A stretch of 64,000 nucleotides of DNA from Felis catus (Eukaryota), in contig NC_058368.1 of the NCBI RefSeq assembly GCF_018350175.1, forward strand, positions 125,366,001 to 125,430,000, in the 5' to 3' direction. Each line of letters begins with the position of its first letter. Within the stretch, counting starts at the first letter, position 1. Positions 25,716 to 38,353 of this stretch are shown piece by piece. The notes beneath the pieces were generated by a model, which worked only from the letters and a program-made list of their open reading frames with translations, ran no database searches and was not told the DNA's origin. Position numbers and translations under genes: made by a program.

Positions 25716-27296
25716 TCTTTCATTTCATCATTTTGAAGAAAGAAAAGGAATTAATAAGAAAAACAATTAAAATTAAAAAATTAAAAATATGACAAAGAAA
25801 TAAAATAAAGGATGCTAGATCCTAGGTGTGTTTTGGTCTCATTGTTGAAAAAAGCTTGATATATTAGAGAAAAAAATGGAAAGATAATAAAAGAAAAAAA
25901 AAGGAAAAATAAGGAAAAAGAAAAGAAAAAAAGGAAAATGTTTGAAAACGTGAAAAAAATGAATACAATAACAAAGAACAAAATGAAATGATAAAAGTAA
26001 GATAGAATTTAAAAAATTTACAAAAAAGTAAAATATATAGTGGAAAAAATTAAAGAAAAATCTTTTTAATAAAAATGGAAAATAACAATGATTTTTTTCT
26101 CTTTCTGTATTTAAGAATAAGAAAAGAAAAGAAAAAATTGAATAAAAGGACTAGCAAACAGAATGAAGTACAGTTGAAATTACATCTGTTTTCTCCTAGA
26201 AGTCGATATATGAAGCACTTTATTGGTCTGTAAACTAAGCAGGCAGAGAGACTTGTGTTTGTAAAGAGCGCTGTTGGCCCAGTTGGGTGGGATTTAGTGT
26301 AACAGCTTCTTTCTCCATTAGATGGTGCTTCTTAGCTTACTGGGGGTGGATTGCTGTGGCATGTGTAGGCGTGTTCGCAAATCAGCAGGAGGAGTGAAAA
26401 TGGCATCATCAGCTATGCAGTCTCTAGTATTGGAGCTCTATCCTCTCCATGAGTGGTGTTCACGCACCTGTCCTTTGTCCCCGGCTTTTGTCCACTCCCC
26501 ATTTCTACACTCTCTGTGACCAAGCTGTCAGGCTGCCAGGCGGCACCTACCTCCTGAGTTTTATCTCAAATGGGGCTGTGTTTCCCAACCTCTCACTTCT
26601 GAGGGACTGTGGCTTTGACCTGCTTCAGATCCTCTGCAGGAGGGTCTCAGTGAGCAATGGCCAGGTGCTGGCCTACTGCTAGGAACGTTTGGGAGACTGC
26701 GCTACTGCCAATGCCCAGAGATTGTGGATGGGTGCCAGCCCACCCCAGAAAAAGTTCACATGATCGTTTCAGGGATTATGGAAAATCACAAAACCCATCT
26801 GGCGCCAGGCTTTCCCCTTAATGTCCTTGTTCCAGCACCAGCGAATGTGGCTATTCTCTGAGGTCTGCTGGAATCACCTGTCGGGAGTCCACACAGCCCC
26901 TATCAAGTGTTCTCCCAGCACAGGAACTGCCACTCCCTGTGTGACCCACAGAGCCATTGGATTTCTCTCTCTGCTCCTGGGGATTTGCCCTTCGCACCAG
27001 AGCACTACCAGGTATCAAGCTGCGAAGTTTCAGACTCTATGCTTCTCCTGTTTATAGAGTCTTAATGGAATTTAAACCCTCTCCTTTCTCCTTTATCCCT
27101 TTTTTGTTCAGTCCCTGGGGCTGTTTCCACTTTCTCTCCAGCTGCTTTTGGGGGGGGGGTTGTTTTCTGACTCTCCCTTTGTTTCTGTCCTCTCTCTGCA
27201 AGCAAAAACAGCTCCTTGCTCTCTGCAGCTTCTCTTTCCCTCAGTTCACCTCTCCACACTGTGTACCTGCTGAATTCTCAGGTTCAGGTTGTGGAG

Positions 27297-27427
27297 AGGA
27301 CTCTTCCCTGGAACCTTGAGAGGGAGCATGACTGCTGACTCCTTGATTTGGAGTTCTAGCCTCCGGACCTGTGAGAGAATAGTTTTATGTTATTTGAAGC
27401 TCTCTGGTTTGTGGTAATTTGTTATGG
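27297..27427 (+). repeat. 131-bp local duplicate of MLT1 LTR segment 35858-35990
   Basis: Alignment by eye: 2 substitutions and one 2-bp indel. Confidence 0.95.
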
Positions 27428-27646
27428 GAGTGGGGAATGGGCAAAATAGGTGAAGGGGAGTGGGAGATACAGGTTTCCAGTTATGGGATGAATAAGTCAT
27501 GGGAATAAAAGGAACAGCATAGGGAATATAGTCAATGAAATAATAACAGCCTTGTATGGTGACAGATGGTGGCTACACTTGGGGTGAGCACAGCATAATG
27601 AATAAAGTTGTCAAATCACTCTGTTGTATACCTGAAACTAACATAA
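27428..27646 (+). mobile_element. Older L1 3'UTR fragment (L1_Carn/L1MA9-like), without poly(A)
   Basis: gggcaaaataggtgaagggg..ccagttatgggatgaataagtcatggg..tatggtgacagatggt..gttgtatacctgaaactaacataa. Confidence 0.8.
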
Positions 27647-28014
27647 GAAATACATGCCTCATTTAAGGGGGAGCACTTATTACTATCCTCTGCCCAGTGT
27701 TGCCAGAACTTCTAAGTTTTCCGGAGGACGTGAAGAAAACACTGATTTTCATGTGAATTCTTCTGATTTTAATGGTTGGCATTTAAGTTCAACTTTTTAA
27801 AATGCTTTGTGACCAAACAGCATTGCTGATGGCATCTCTTGCTAGGGGGGCTTCAGTTTACAGCCTTGGTGCCACAGAGTCACTCTCAAAGGTTCTATTG
27901 ATGGAAAGATGCCCATAGGTACTGGAAGGATGTGATATACACCCAGAGATGATAGGTGAGATAGAGGTGGCACGTCAGTGTAACAAGAGTGCTTTCATTA
28001 ACAAATAAAAACTG

Positions 28015-28219
28015 GAGGCATGCCTGGGTGGCTTATTCAGTTAGGCATCTGACCCTTGATTTTGGCTCAGCTCATGATCTCACACTTGGTGAGTTTGAGC
28101 CCTGCATCAGGCTCTTTGCTGACAGTGCTAAGCCTGCTTGGGATTCTCTCTCTCTCTCTGCCCCTCCCCTGCTCATGCTCTCTCTCTCTCTCAAAATATA
28201 TAAACTTAAAAAAAAAAAG
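28015..28219 (+). mobile_element. Can-SINE
   Basis: SINE body; TSD AAATAAAAACTGGA at 28003-28016 and 28220-28233. Confidence 0.94.
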
Positions 28220-28598
28220 AAATAAAAACTGGAATCCAGTGATATTGAGAACAAACATATTGAGAACAAACAAGGCTTTCTTTAAATATCCACTGATGGA
28301 GGATTTGGTACTGAAAGACTGTACTTGTTCAAGTTCATAACTTGTACTAGTTCATAAAAGAATCATAAAAGAAATGTGAGTACTTGATACCAAGGGACCT
28401 GACCTATAAAGGAGACATCTCTGTAGATGATGCAGAACAAGTGAAACAGAACAAATGGAGGAAACAGGATGGGGAATTGTTCTGTTAGCCAAGGTATTTA
28501 AGAGTTATCACCAGTTCTTTAGGAAGAAGAATTAAAAGTCGGTATCAGAATTCATTTAGATGTCTACATGAAGTCCTGAGTTAGAATTAAATTTGTCT

Positions 28599-28817
28599 GG
28601 GGCGCCTGGGTGGTTCAGTTGGTTGAGTGTCCAACTTCAGCTCAGGTCATGATCTCACAGTTCCTGAGTTGGAGCCCCATGTCTGGCTTTGTGCTGACAG
28701 CTTGGAGCCTAGAACCTGCTTTGGATTCTTTGTCTCCCTCTCTCTCTGCCCCTTCCCCATTCATGCTCTCTCTCTCTCTCTCTCTCTCTCTCAAAAATAA
28801 ATAAACATTAAAAAAAA
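28599..28817 (+). mobile_element. Can-SINE directly abutting an L1 5' end
   Basis: ggggcgcctgggtgg..(CT)n..aataaataaacattaaaaaaaa, followed at once by the L1 start. Confidence 0.95.
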
Positions 28818-29737
28818 TGTAGTGGGAAGATGGTGGCGTAGGAGGATGCTGGGCTCACTGCGTCCTGCTGATTACTTAGATTCCACCCACACCTGCCTAA
28901 ATAACCCAGAAAATCTCCAGAAGACCAGCAGAATGGATTCTCTGGAGCCACGTGTAGACAAGAAGTCCATGGAAGAGGGTAGGAAGGGCGGAGAGGTGGT
29001 GACACTACACGGACTGGTGGGAGGGAGCTGGGGCAGAGGAGCGGCCCGCCGGCAAAGCGGAGCCTGAGTCTGGCTTGCAAAAACGGAGGGCCGGACGGAG
29101 TGTGTTCTGACAGCAAGCTGGACTTAACATCTGGAAGGTTATAAGTTAACAGCTCTGCTAGGAGAGCGGGAGGGCTGGAGGACTACAGGAGGGAGAGTTG
29201 TTGAGCCCCGGAGGACAGAGCTCAGATTGGCAGGGAACAAAGGAGCTTGCCAGCGCCATTTCCCTCACCCATCCCCCAGCTGAAACCACAAAGGGAATCA
29301 GTTCCTGTCAGGGAACTTGCTTGCACTGCGCAAACACCCAGTGCTGTGCTTCTGTGGATCCATCCCTCCAGCAGTGGGTCTGACTCCCACCCGGTGCCTC
29401 AGGGCCCCTCCTGAAGTGGATCTCTGAAGGAAAAGTGAGCTGAGCCTGCCCCTCCCGCCCCTGTGCAACTTGCCGATCCACCCCAGCTAATACACCAGAA
29501 CCCCAGCACCACAAACCTGGCAGTGTGCAAGTAGCCCAGATGGGCCACACCACCCCACAGTGAATCCCAACCCTAGGAGAGGGGAAGAGAAGGTACACAC
29601 CAGTCTGACTGTGGCCCCAGTGGTGGGCTGGGGGCAGACATCAGGTCTGACTGTGGCCCTGCCCACCAACGCAAGTTATTCAAGACAGCACAGGGGAAGT
29701 GCCCCGCAGTTCTGCACCACTCCAGGGACTATCCAAA

Positions 29738-30631
29738 ATGACAAAACGGAAGAATTCCCCTCAAAAAAACCTCCAGGAAATAACGACAGCTAATGAACTG
29801 ATCAAAAAGGATTTAAACAATATAACAGAAAGTGAATTTAGAATAATAGTCATAAAATTAATTGCTGGGCTTGAAAACAGTATAAAGGACAGCAGAGAAT
29901 CTATTGCTACAGAGATCAAGGGACTAAGGAAAAGCCAGGAGGAGCTAAAAAATGCTATTAATGAGCTGCAAAGTAAAATGGAGACGACCACAGCTTGGAT
30001 TAAAGAGGCAGAGGAGAGAATAGGCAAAGTAGAAGATAAAATTATGGAAAAAGAAGAAGCTGAGAAAAAGAGAGATAAAAAAATCCAGGAGTATGAGGGG
30101 AAAATTAGAGAACTAAGTGATGCACTAAAGAGAAATAATCTACGCATAATTGGTATTCCAGAGGAGGAAGAGAGAGGGAAAGGTGCTGAAGGTGTACTTG
30201 AAGAAATAATAGCTGAGAACTTCCCTGAACTGGGGAAGGAAAAAGGCACTGATATCTAAGAGGCACAGAGAACTCCCTTCAGACGTAACTTGAATCGACC
30301 TTCTGCACAACATATCATAGTGAAACTGGCAAAATACAAGGATAAAGAGAAAATTCTGAAAGCAGCTAGGGATAAACGTGCTCTAACATATAAAGGGAGA
30401 CCTATAAGACTCGTGATGGATCTCTCTACTGAAACTCGGCAGGCCAGAAAAGAATGGCAGGAAATCTTCAATGTGATGAACAGAAAACATATGCAGCCGA
30501 GAATCCTCTATCCAGCAAATCTGTCATTTAGAACAGAAGGAGAGATAAAGGTCTTCCCGAACAAACAAAAACTGGAGGAATTCATCACCACTAAACCAGC
30601 CCTACAAGAGATCCTAAGGGGGATCCTGTGA
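29738..30631 (+). pseudogene. L1 ORF1 with an in-frame stop at 30257-30259
   Basis: MTKRKNSPQK..coiled coil..KRNNLRIIGIPE, then TAA, then HIIVKL..PRILYPA..KPALQEIL. Confidence 0.93.
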
Positions 30632-30682
30632 GACAAAGTACCAGAGAAATCGCTACAAGCATGACACCTACGGACATCACAA

Positions 30683-33600
30683 TGACTCTAAACCCATATC
30701 TTTCTGTAATAACACTGAATGTAAATGGACTAAATGTGCCAACCAAAAGACATAGGGTATCAGAATGGATAAAAAAAAAACAAGACCCATCTATTTGCTG
30801 TCTATAAGAGACTCATTTTAGACCTGAGGACACTTTCAGATTGAAAGTGAGCAGATGGAGAACTATTTATCATGCTACTGGAAGTCAAAAGAAAGCCAGA
30901 GTAGCCATACTTATATCAGACAAACTAGACTTTAAGTTAAAGGCTGCAACAAGAGATAAAGAAGGGCATTATATAGTAATTACAGGGTCTATCCATCAAG
31001 AAGAACTAACAAATATAAATGTCTATGCACCGAATTCAGGAGCCCCTAAATATATAAAACAATTACTCACAAACATAAGCAAGCTTATTGACAAGAATGT
31101 GCTAATTGCAGAGGACTTTAATACCCCACTTACAACAATGGATAGATCATCTAGACGCACGGTCAATCAAGAAACAAGGGCCCTGAATGATACATTGGAT
31201 CAGATGGACTTGACAGATATATTTAGAACGCTGCATCCAAAAGCAACAGAATATACTTTCTTCTCAAGTGCACATGGAACATTCTCCAAGATAGATCACA
31301 TACTGGGTCACAAAACAGCCCTTCATAAGTATACAAGAATTGAGATCATACCATGCATACTTTCGGACCACAATGCTATGAAGCTTGAAATCAACCATAG
31401 GAAAAAGTCTGGAAAACTTCCAAAAGCATGGAGGTTAAAGAACACCCTACTAAAGAATGAGTGGGTCAACCAGGCAATTAGAGAAGAAATTAAAAAATAT
31501 ATGGAAACAAACGAAAATGAAAATACAACAATCTAAACGCTTTGGGACACAGCGAAGGCAGTCCTGAGAGGAAAATACATTGCAATCCAGGCCTATCTTA
31601 AGAAACACGAAAAATCCCAAATACAAAATCCAACAGCACACCTAAAGGAAATAGAAGCAGAACAGCAAAGACACCCCAAACCCAGCAGAAGAGAAATAAA
31701 TAAATAAAGTCTGAGCAGAAATAAATAATATAGAATCTAAAAAAACTGTGGAGCAGATCAATGAAGCCAAGAGTTGGTTTTTTGAAAAAATAAACAAAAT
31801 TGATAAACCTCTAGCCAGGCTTCTCAAAAAGAAAAGGGAGATGACCCAAATAGATAAAATCATGAATGAAAATGAAATTATTACAACCAATCCCTCAGAA
31901 ATATAAGGAATACTATGAAAAATTATATGCCAACAAACTGGACAACCTGGAAGAAATGGACAAATTCCTAAACACCCATACGCTTCCAAAACTCAAACTG
32001 GAGGAAATAGAAAGCTTGAACAGACCCATAACCAGCGAAGAAATTGAATCAGTCATCAAAAATCTCCCAACAAATAAGAGTCCAGGACCAGATGGCTTCC
32101 CAGGGGAATTCTACCAGACATTTAAAGCGGAGATAATTCCTATCCTTCTCAAGCTATTCCAAGAAATAGAAAGGGAAGGAAAACTTCCAGACTCATTCTA
32201 TGAAGCCAGTATAACTTTGATTCCTAAACCAGACAGAGACCCAGTAAAAAAAGAAAACGACAGGCCAATATCCCTGATGAATATGGATGCAAAAATTCTC
32301 AATAAGATACTAGTAAATAGAATTCAACAGCATATAAAAAGAATTATTCACCATGATCAAGTGGGATTCATTCCTGAGCTGCAGGGCTGGTTCAACATTC
32401 GCAAATCAATCAATGTGATACATCACATTAATAAAAGAAAAGATAAGAACCATATGATCCTGTCAATTGATGCAGAAAAAGCATTTGACAAAATTCAGCA
32501 TTCTTTCTTAATAAAAACCCTCGAGAAAGTCGGGATAGAAGGAACATACTTAAACATCATAAAAGACATCATCCTCAATGGGGAAAAACTGAGAGCTTTC
32601 CCCCTGAGATCAGGAACATGACAGGGATGTCCACTCTCACCACTGTTGTTTAACATAGTGTTGGAAGTGCTAGCATCAGCAATCAGACAACAAAAGGAAA
32701 TCAAAGGCATCAAAATTGGCAAAGAGGAAGTCAAGCTTTCACTTTTTGCAGATGACATGATATTATACATGGAAAATCCGATAGACTCCACCAAAAGTCT
32801 GCTAGAACTGATACATAAATTCAGCAAAGTTGCAGGGTACAAAATCAATGTACAGAAATCTGTTGCATTCTTATACACTAATAAGGTAGCAACAGAAAGA
32901 CAAATAAAGAAACTGATCCCATTCACAATTGCACCAAGAAGCATAAAATACCTAGGAATAAATCTAACCAAAGATGTACAAGATCTGTATGCTGAAAACT
33001 ATAGAAAGCTTATGAAGGAAATTGAAAAAGATATAAATAAATGGAAAAACATTCCATGCTCATGGGTTGGAAGAATAAATATTGTTAAAATGTCAATACT
33101 ACCCAAAGCTATCTACACATTCAATGCAATCCCAATCAAAATTGCACCAGCATTCTTCTCAAAACTAGAACAAGCACTCCTAAAATTCATACGGAACCAC
33201 AAAAGGCCCCAAATAGCCAAAGTAATTTTGAGGAAGAAGACCAAAGCAGGAGGCATCACAATCCCAGACTTTAGCCTCTACTACAAAGCTGTCATCATCA
33301 AGACAGCATGGTATTGGCACAAAAACAGACACATAGACCAATGGAATAGAATAGAAACCCCAGAAAATGACCCACAAAAGTATGTCTAACTAATCTTTGA
33401 CAAAGCAGGAAAGAACATCCAATGGAAAGAAGACAGTCTCTTTAACAAATGGTGCTGGGACAACTGGACAGCAACATGCAGAAGGTTGAAACTATACCAC
33501 TTCCTTATACCATTCACAAAAATAAACTCAAAATGGATAAAGGACCTGAATGTGAGACAGGAAACCATCAAAACCTTAGAGGAGAAAGCAGGAAAAGACC

Positions 33601-34476
33601 TCTCTGACCTCAGCCGTAGCAATCTCTTACTTGACACATCCCCAAAGGCAAGCGAATTAAAAGCAAAAATGAACTATTGGGACCTCATGAGGATAAAAAG
33701 CTTCTGCACAGCAAAGGAAACAATCAACAAAACTAAAAGGCAACCAATGGAATGGGAAAAAATATTTGCAAATGACATATCGGACAAAGGGCTAGTATCC
33801 AAAATGTATAAAGAGCTCACCAAACTCCACACCCAAAAAACAAATAATCCAGTGAAGAAATGGGCAGAAAACATGAATAGACACTTCTCTAGAGAAGGCA
33901 TCCAGATGGCCAATGGGCACATGAAAAGATGCTCAACATCGCTACTCATCAGGGAAATACAAATCAAAACCACACTCAGATCTATCACCTCACTCCAGTC
34001 AGAGTGACTTAAATGAACAAATCAGGAGACTATAGATGCTGGCGAGGATGTGGAGAAACGGGAACCCTCTTGCATTGTTGGTGGGAATGCAAACTGGTGC
34101 AGCCACTCTGGAAAACAGTGTGGAGGTTCCTCAAAAAATTAAAAATAGACCTACCCTATGATCCAGCGGTAGCACTGCTAGGAATTTACCCAAGGATACA
34201 GGAGTACTGATGCATAGGGGCATTTGTACCCCAATGTTCATAGCAGCACTCTCAACAATAGCCAAATTGTGGAAAAAGCCTAAATGTCCACCAACTGATG
34301 AATGGATAAAGAAATTGTGGTTTATATACACAATGGAGTACTACATGGCAATGAGAAAGAATGAAATATGGCCCTTTGTAGCAACGTGGATGGAACTGGA
34401 GAGTGTTATGCTAAGTGACATAAGCCGTACAGAGAAAGACAGATACCATATGTTTTCACTCTTATGTGGATCCTGA
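30683..34476 (+). pseudogene. L1 ORF2 with multiple stops, frameshifts and a small internal deletion near 32565
   Basis: TLNVNGLN endonuclease start, SDHN, PGPDGF, LFADDM, CWRGC..HCWWEC in successive ORF pieces. Confidence 0.93.
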
Positions 34477-35378
34477 GAAACTTAACAGAAACCCATGGGG
34501 GAGGGGAAGGAAAAAAAAAAAAAGAGGTTAGAGTGGGAGAGAGAGCCAAAGCATAAGAGACTCTTAAAAACTGAGAACAAACTGAGGGTTGATGGGGGGT
34601 GGGAGGGAGGGTAGGGTAGGTGATGGGCATTGAAGAGGGCATCATTTGGGATGAGCACTGGGTGTTGTATGGAAACCAATTTGACAATAAATTTCATATA
34701 TTAAAAAAAATTTTAAAAAACCCGAAATTTGTCTGATTTTGGTTATCTGGTATATGGGTGGGTAGATAGATGACTGTGTAAGTGAGTCAGCAGGTAAGTA
34801 CCTGGATGCATTGACCTTACAAAATTAAATCAGAATTAAGACACTGGTTACTCTATTGGGCAAAACCAAGTGGACTGTACTTCTTATGGATTTCTGCCTT
34901 CATTTCTCTGTAGTTGTGATACAAGCTATACTTATAACAAATGAAGCATAGGAACAAAAGTCTACCTGGGGCTAATAGTCCTACCTGTAATATACCAAAC
35001 AAAGTGCAGTATTGATAAAATTCTTATTTGAACTCTCTCAGCAGCAATATTAGAAAAAATAACCATAAGTAATACTGTATCAGACTCTTTCATTATCACA
35101 CTAAAAACCAGGGGTCCCTTCTACTGTAACCAAGGCAAAACAGATGGGTCTAGGCCTGACTTTTGACAACAGTGTTCTCCCATCTGCAACAGTTATGTCA
35201 CTGCTTTTCTAATATTTATGATCTTCATTTTATTGGTCATGTATTCTTTTAACCAGGCTTTCTCTATAAAGATGCTTCAAGGGAGAAAATAATTATGATG
35301 GCCTTCTGTGCACTATACCCTTTAGAAATGACCATGTTTCTAAAGACCATTTACCCACTTGTTCATGGTAGCAGTGGT

Positions 35379-36011
35379 TGTACTACGTTGAATACTGTGC
35401 CCCCAAATTAATGTCCTCCTAGAACCACAGAATGTGACTTTATTTGGAATTAGGGTTATGCCAATGTGATTGGTAAACATGAGGTCATACTGGATTAAAT
35501 TCATTGACTGGTGTCCTTATAAGAAAGCTATGTAGGGGCACCTGGCTGGCTTAGTCGGGTAACATCTGACTTTTGATTTTGGCTCAGGTGATGATCTCAT
35601 TATTCGTGGGATTGAGACCCACATTGGATTCTGTGCTGATAGCAGATGGAATTCTCTCTCCTTCTCTCTCTGCCCCTTCCCCATTCATTCTCTCTCTCTC
35701 TCTCAAAATAAATGAATAAACATTAAAAAAAAAAAAGAAAGCCACGTGAACATACAGACATATCTGATGATGGAGGCAGAAACTGGAGTCTTAATATTAC
35801 AAGCCAAGAAACACCAAAGATGGCTGGCAGCCACCAGAAGCTACAAAAACACAGGGAAGGACTCTTCCCTGGCACCTTGAGAGGGAGCATGACTCTGCTG
35901 ACTCCTTGATTTGGACTTCTAGCCTCCGGACCTGTGAGAGAATAGTTTTATGTTATTTGAAGCTCTCTGGTTTGTGGTAATTTGTTATGGCAGCGTTAGG
36001 ACACTGATACA
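35379..36011 (+). mobile_element. MaLR solo LTR (MLT1C-like), interrupted by a SINE
   Basis: tgtactacgttgaatactgtgccccc..gaatgtgactttatttggaa..tgactggtgtccttataagaa..tttgttatggcagcgttaggacactgataca. Confidence 0.85.
35535..35736 (+). mobile_element. Can-SINE nested in MLT1
   Basis: SINE body; TSD aagaaagctatgt / aagaaagccacgt. Confidence 0.92.
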
Positions 36012-36769
36012 GTGGTGCTGGGTCATGTTTCTTTACTCATGTTTCCTGTCATATGATTTGAGTTCCACTAGTCACACCCCTGGCTCTGTATTCACTTAGG
36101 GAAGGAAGAGTGACTTAATCTGATTGTTGACTTTGGAAGCATAAACCGGGCATGTGTACTTATCCCTTTCCCCTCTTTTTGTCTCTTGGGAGCAGACTGT
36201 GTACACAGAGCAGGTGTTCTGTGTGGGGAGGCCGGCAGTGGGTCAGCTTTAGGAAGCCCACCTGATAGCAATATACGTCATGTCTCCCAACATCAGCCTT
36301 GCCGCTAATGAAGTTGATATTTTAATTCTTCCCACATATTGTTTTGGTCTTGTTTGTCAATTTGTTAGGTGCTCAGCATGTGTATGGGTTAAGGTAGGAG
36401 AAAGAAAGCCCCTTCACACCCTAGTGCTAACCACATTCTTTCTGTTCTCAGAAAAGGTGTGTTTAGTTTCCATTGATACAAACATTGTAAGGGGAAGGAT
36501 ATCCTGAGAGTTGTGTTCTCTGCTCCAGCCAGGGTCATAATACCTTGGTCATGCCCCAAAATAGAAAATACAGCCACTTTTTGTATCTTCCAGGAAGATG
36601 ACTTCAACAGTTTCTGAAAGACTTCTTGAATGTTTCATATGATTTTTGTCAAGGAATTCTCTTCCTTGAATTACTCCATTGATAGAGTAAAAATGGTTTG
36701 GGATTGGTTAAAAATTTTAAAAATAAAATATTTTCTCTTTAAAAATTTGTTAATTATTATGATGATTAT

Positions 36770-36960
36770 ATTTTGATTACACATTTTTATTTTGAAATAA
36801 TTATGGATTCCCAGGAAGCTGCAGAAAAATGTAAAGGAGGTCCTGTATACCCTCAAACCTGTTTTCCCTAATGATGGCATCTGGGCATAACTAATAGAAC
36901 ATTATCTAAACCAGGCAGTTGACATTGATACTGTCCACAGAGTTTATTCAGATTTCAAAA
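36770..36960 (-). mobile_element. L1MB/L1MC-type 3' end
   Basis: ttttattttgaaataattatggattcccaggaagctgcagaaaaatgta..aaaccaggcagttgacattgatac. Confidence 0.65.
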
Positions 36961-37248
36961 GTGCTCCTAGACTTTTTGTGCCCTACCTGGGTAGGAGTCC
37001 GTTCCTTTCCTCCTTCTCCCCACTTACGGGGTTTGCTTTCCCAACCCTGTTCTCATACTTTTCTGAGGACAGGTAAAGAAAGTGGAGGAAAGGGAACTCA
37101 TGAGAGGTTTGGAGAAGTTTTTGAGTATTTTGAAGAGAGTGGATCTAGTGTATGAGAGAAATAGGTAAAGAAATAAAAAGAAGGATTTTAAATATTGCTG
37201 TAGTCTTTGGATGTGCCCCCTGTCCATGGTGTTAGAAAATTTCAGTTC

Positions 37249-37478
37249 TTTTTTAAAAATTTTTCTTAAAATATTTTTTAATGTTTATTTATTTTTGAGA
37301 GAGAGGGGCAGAGTGAGCAGGGGAGGGACACAGAAAGAGAGGGAGACAGAGAATCTAAGTAGACTTCAGGTTTTCAGCTGTCAGCGCAGAGCCTGACACG
37401 GGGCTCAAACTCACAAACTGCAAGGTCATGACCTGAGACGAAGCTGGGCCTTAACCAACTGAACCACCCAGGCACCCC
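37249..37478 (-). mobile_element. Can-SINE
   Basis: SINE body; flanking repeat tttcagttctt. Confidence 0.93.
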
Positions 37479-38080
37479 AAACCTACTTTCAGTTCTTATG
37501 TGGGAGATCGAATAGTTGGTTTCAAGATTGTTTAAACTAGGTGTTTCCCCCCGGCCCAGTTATTTTAATGTATTTTTCCTTATCCTTTTCTATGCATTAA
37601 TTTTTTGCTTTACATATATCAGATTTATTGTGTTTATACATATATATATATATATTTATATATGTATATATTCACACACATGTGTGTACTATCATTTTAT
37701 ATAACATTAGAACCTAAATATGTCTTAAAGGAATCTATCATTGCAATTTATCCATGGTAATAATTTTAAATACTTTATGATATTTCATGGGTGGAACATT
37801 ATTTACTCAATTTTTGTTCAGTTTCCGACATTCTGAGTTTTTTGCCTGCTAATAATGTGTTAATGAGTATCTTTGTACCAAAGTCTATTTACTCTTGGGA
37901 GTATTTTCTTAGAATAGATTCTTTGAATTAAAATTATTGAATTAAAGGATGTTAATTTTTTCTTTATGTGCATTGCCCAAATCTGCATCTATGTTATACT
38001 TTGTCAAAAGAAAATATACATTCCATGTTCTATAATACTGAAAGATTAAAGAAGAATTAGGTAGAATTTTAAAAATCATT

Positions 38081-38140
38081 AAAAATTTTAAAAAATGTTT
38101 ATTTATTTTGAGAGGGAGAGTGAGCAAGAAGGGGAGGTGC

Positions 38141-38227
<87 letters not shown>

Positions 38228-38353
38228 CCCAAGCACTCTCTGCACTATTAGCACAAAGCCTGACCTGGGGCTTGAACTCATGAACTGTGAGATCATGACT
38301 TGAGCTGAAATCAAGAGTCGATCATTTAACTGACTGAGCCACCCAGGTGCCCC
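38081..38353 (-). mobile_element. Can-SINE with long (GA)n
   Basis: SINE body; TSD agaattttaaaaat. Confidence 0.94.

Larger units (their letters stand above)
20330..27296 (-). mobile_element. Near-full-length older carnivore LINE-1, inactivated
   Basis: 3'UTR near 20330; ORF2 fragments 20577-24545 with frameshifts and stops; ORF1 fragments 24852-25686; long low-complexity tract 25730-26170; GC-richer 5'UTR to about 27296. Confidence 0.95.
28819..34710 (+). mobile_element. Full-length LINE-1 (L1_Fc-like, about 5.9 kb), inactivated
   Basis: 5' gggaagatggtggcgtaggagg, about 900-bp GC-rich 5'UTR, ORF1, ORF2, G-rich 3'UTR, AATAAA and A tail. Confidence 0.97.

Noticed and set aside
20302..27667. 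aaatgcgtgcatttag / aaatacatgcctcatttaag as a TSD around the L1 and its appended pieces
   Set aside because: Needs several mismatches and a gap; not distinguishable from chance.
28242..28372. Short tandem duplications (atattgagaacaaac twice; tcataaaagaa twice)
   Set aside because: Ordinary slippage duplications, with no array or spacer structure.
28819..34710. Retrotransposition-competent L1
   Set aside because: Stop in ORF1 and multiple stops and frameshifts in ORF2.
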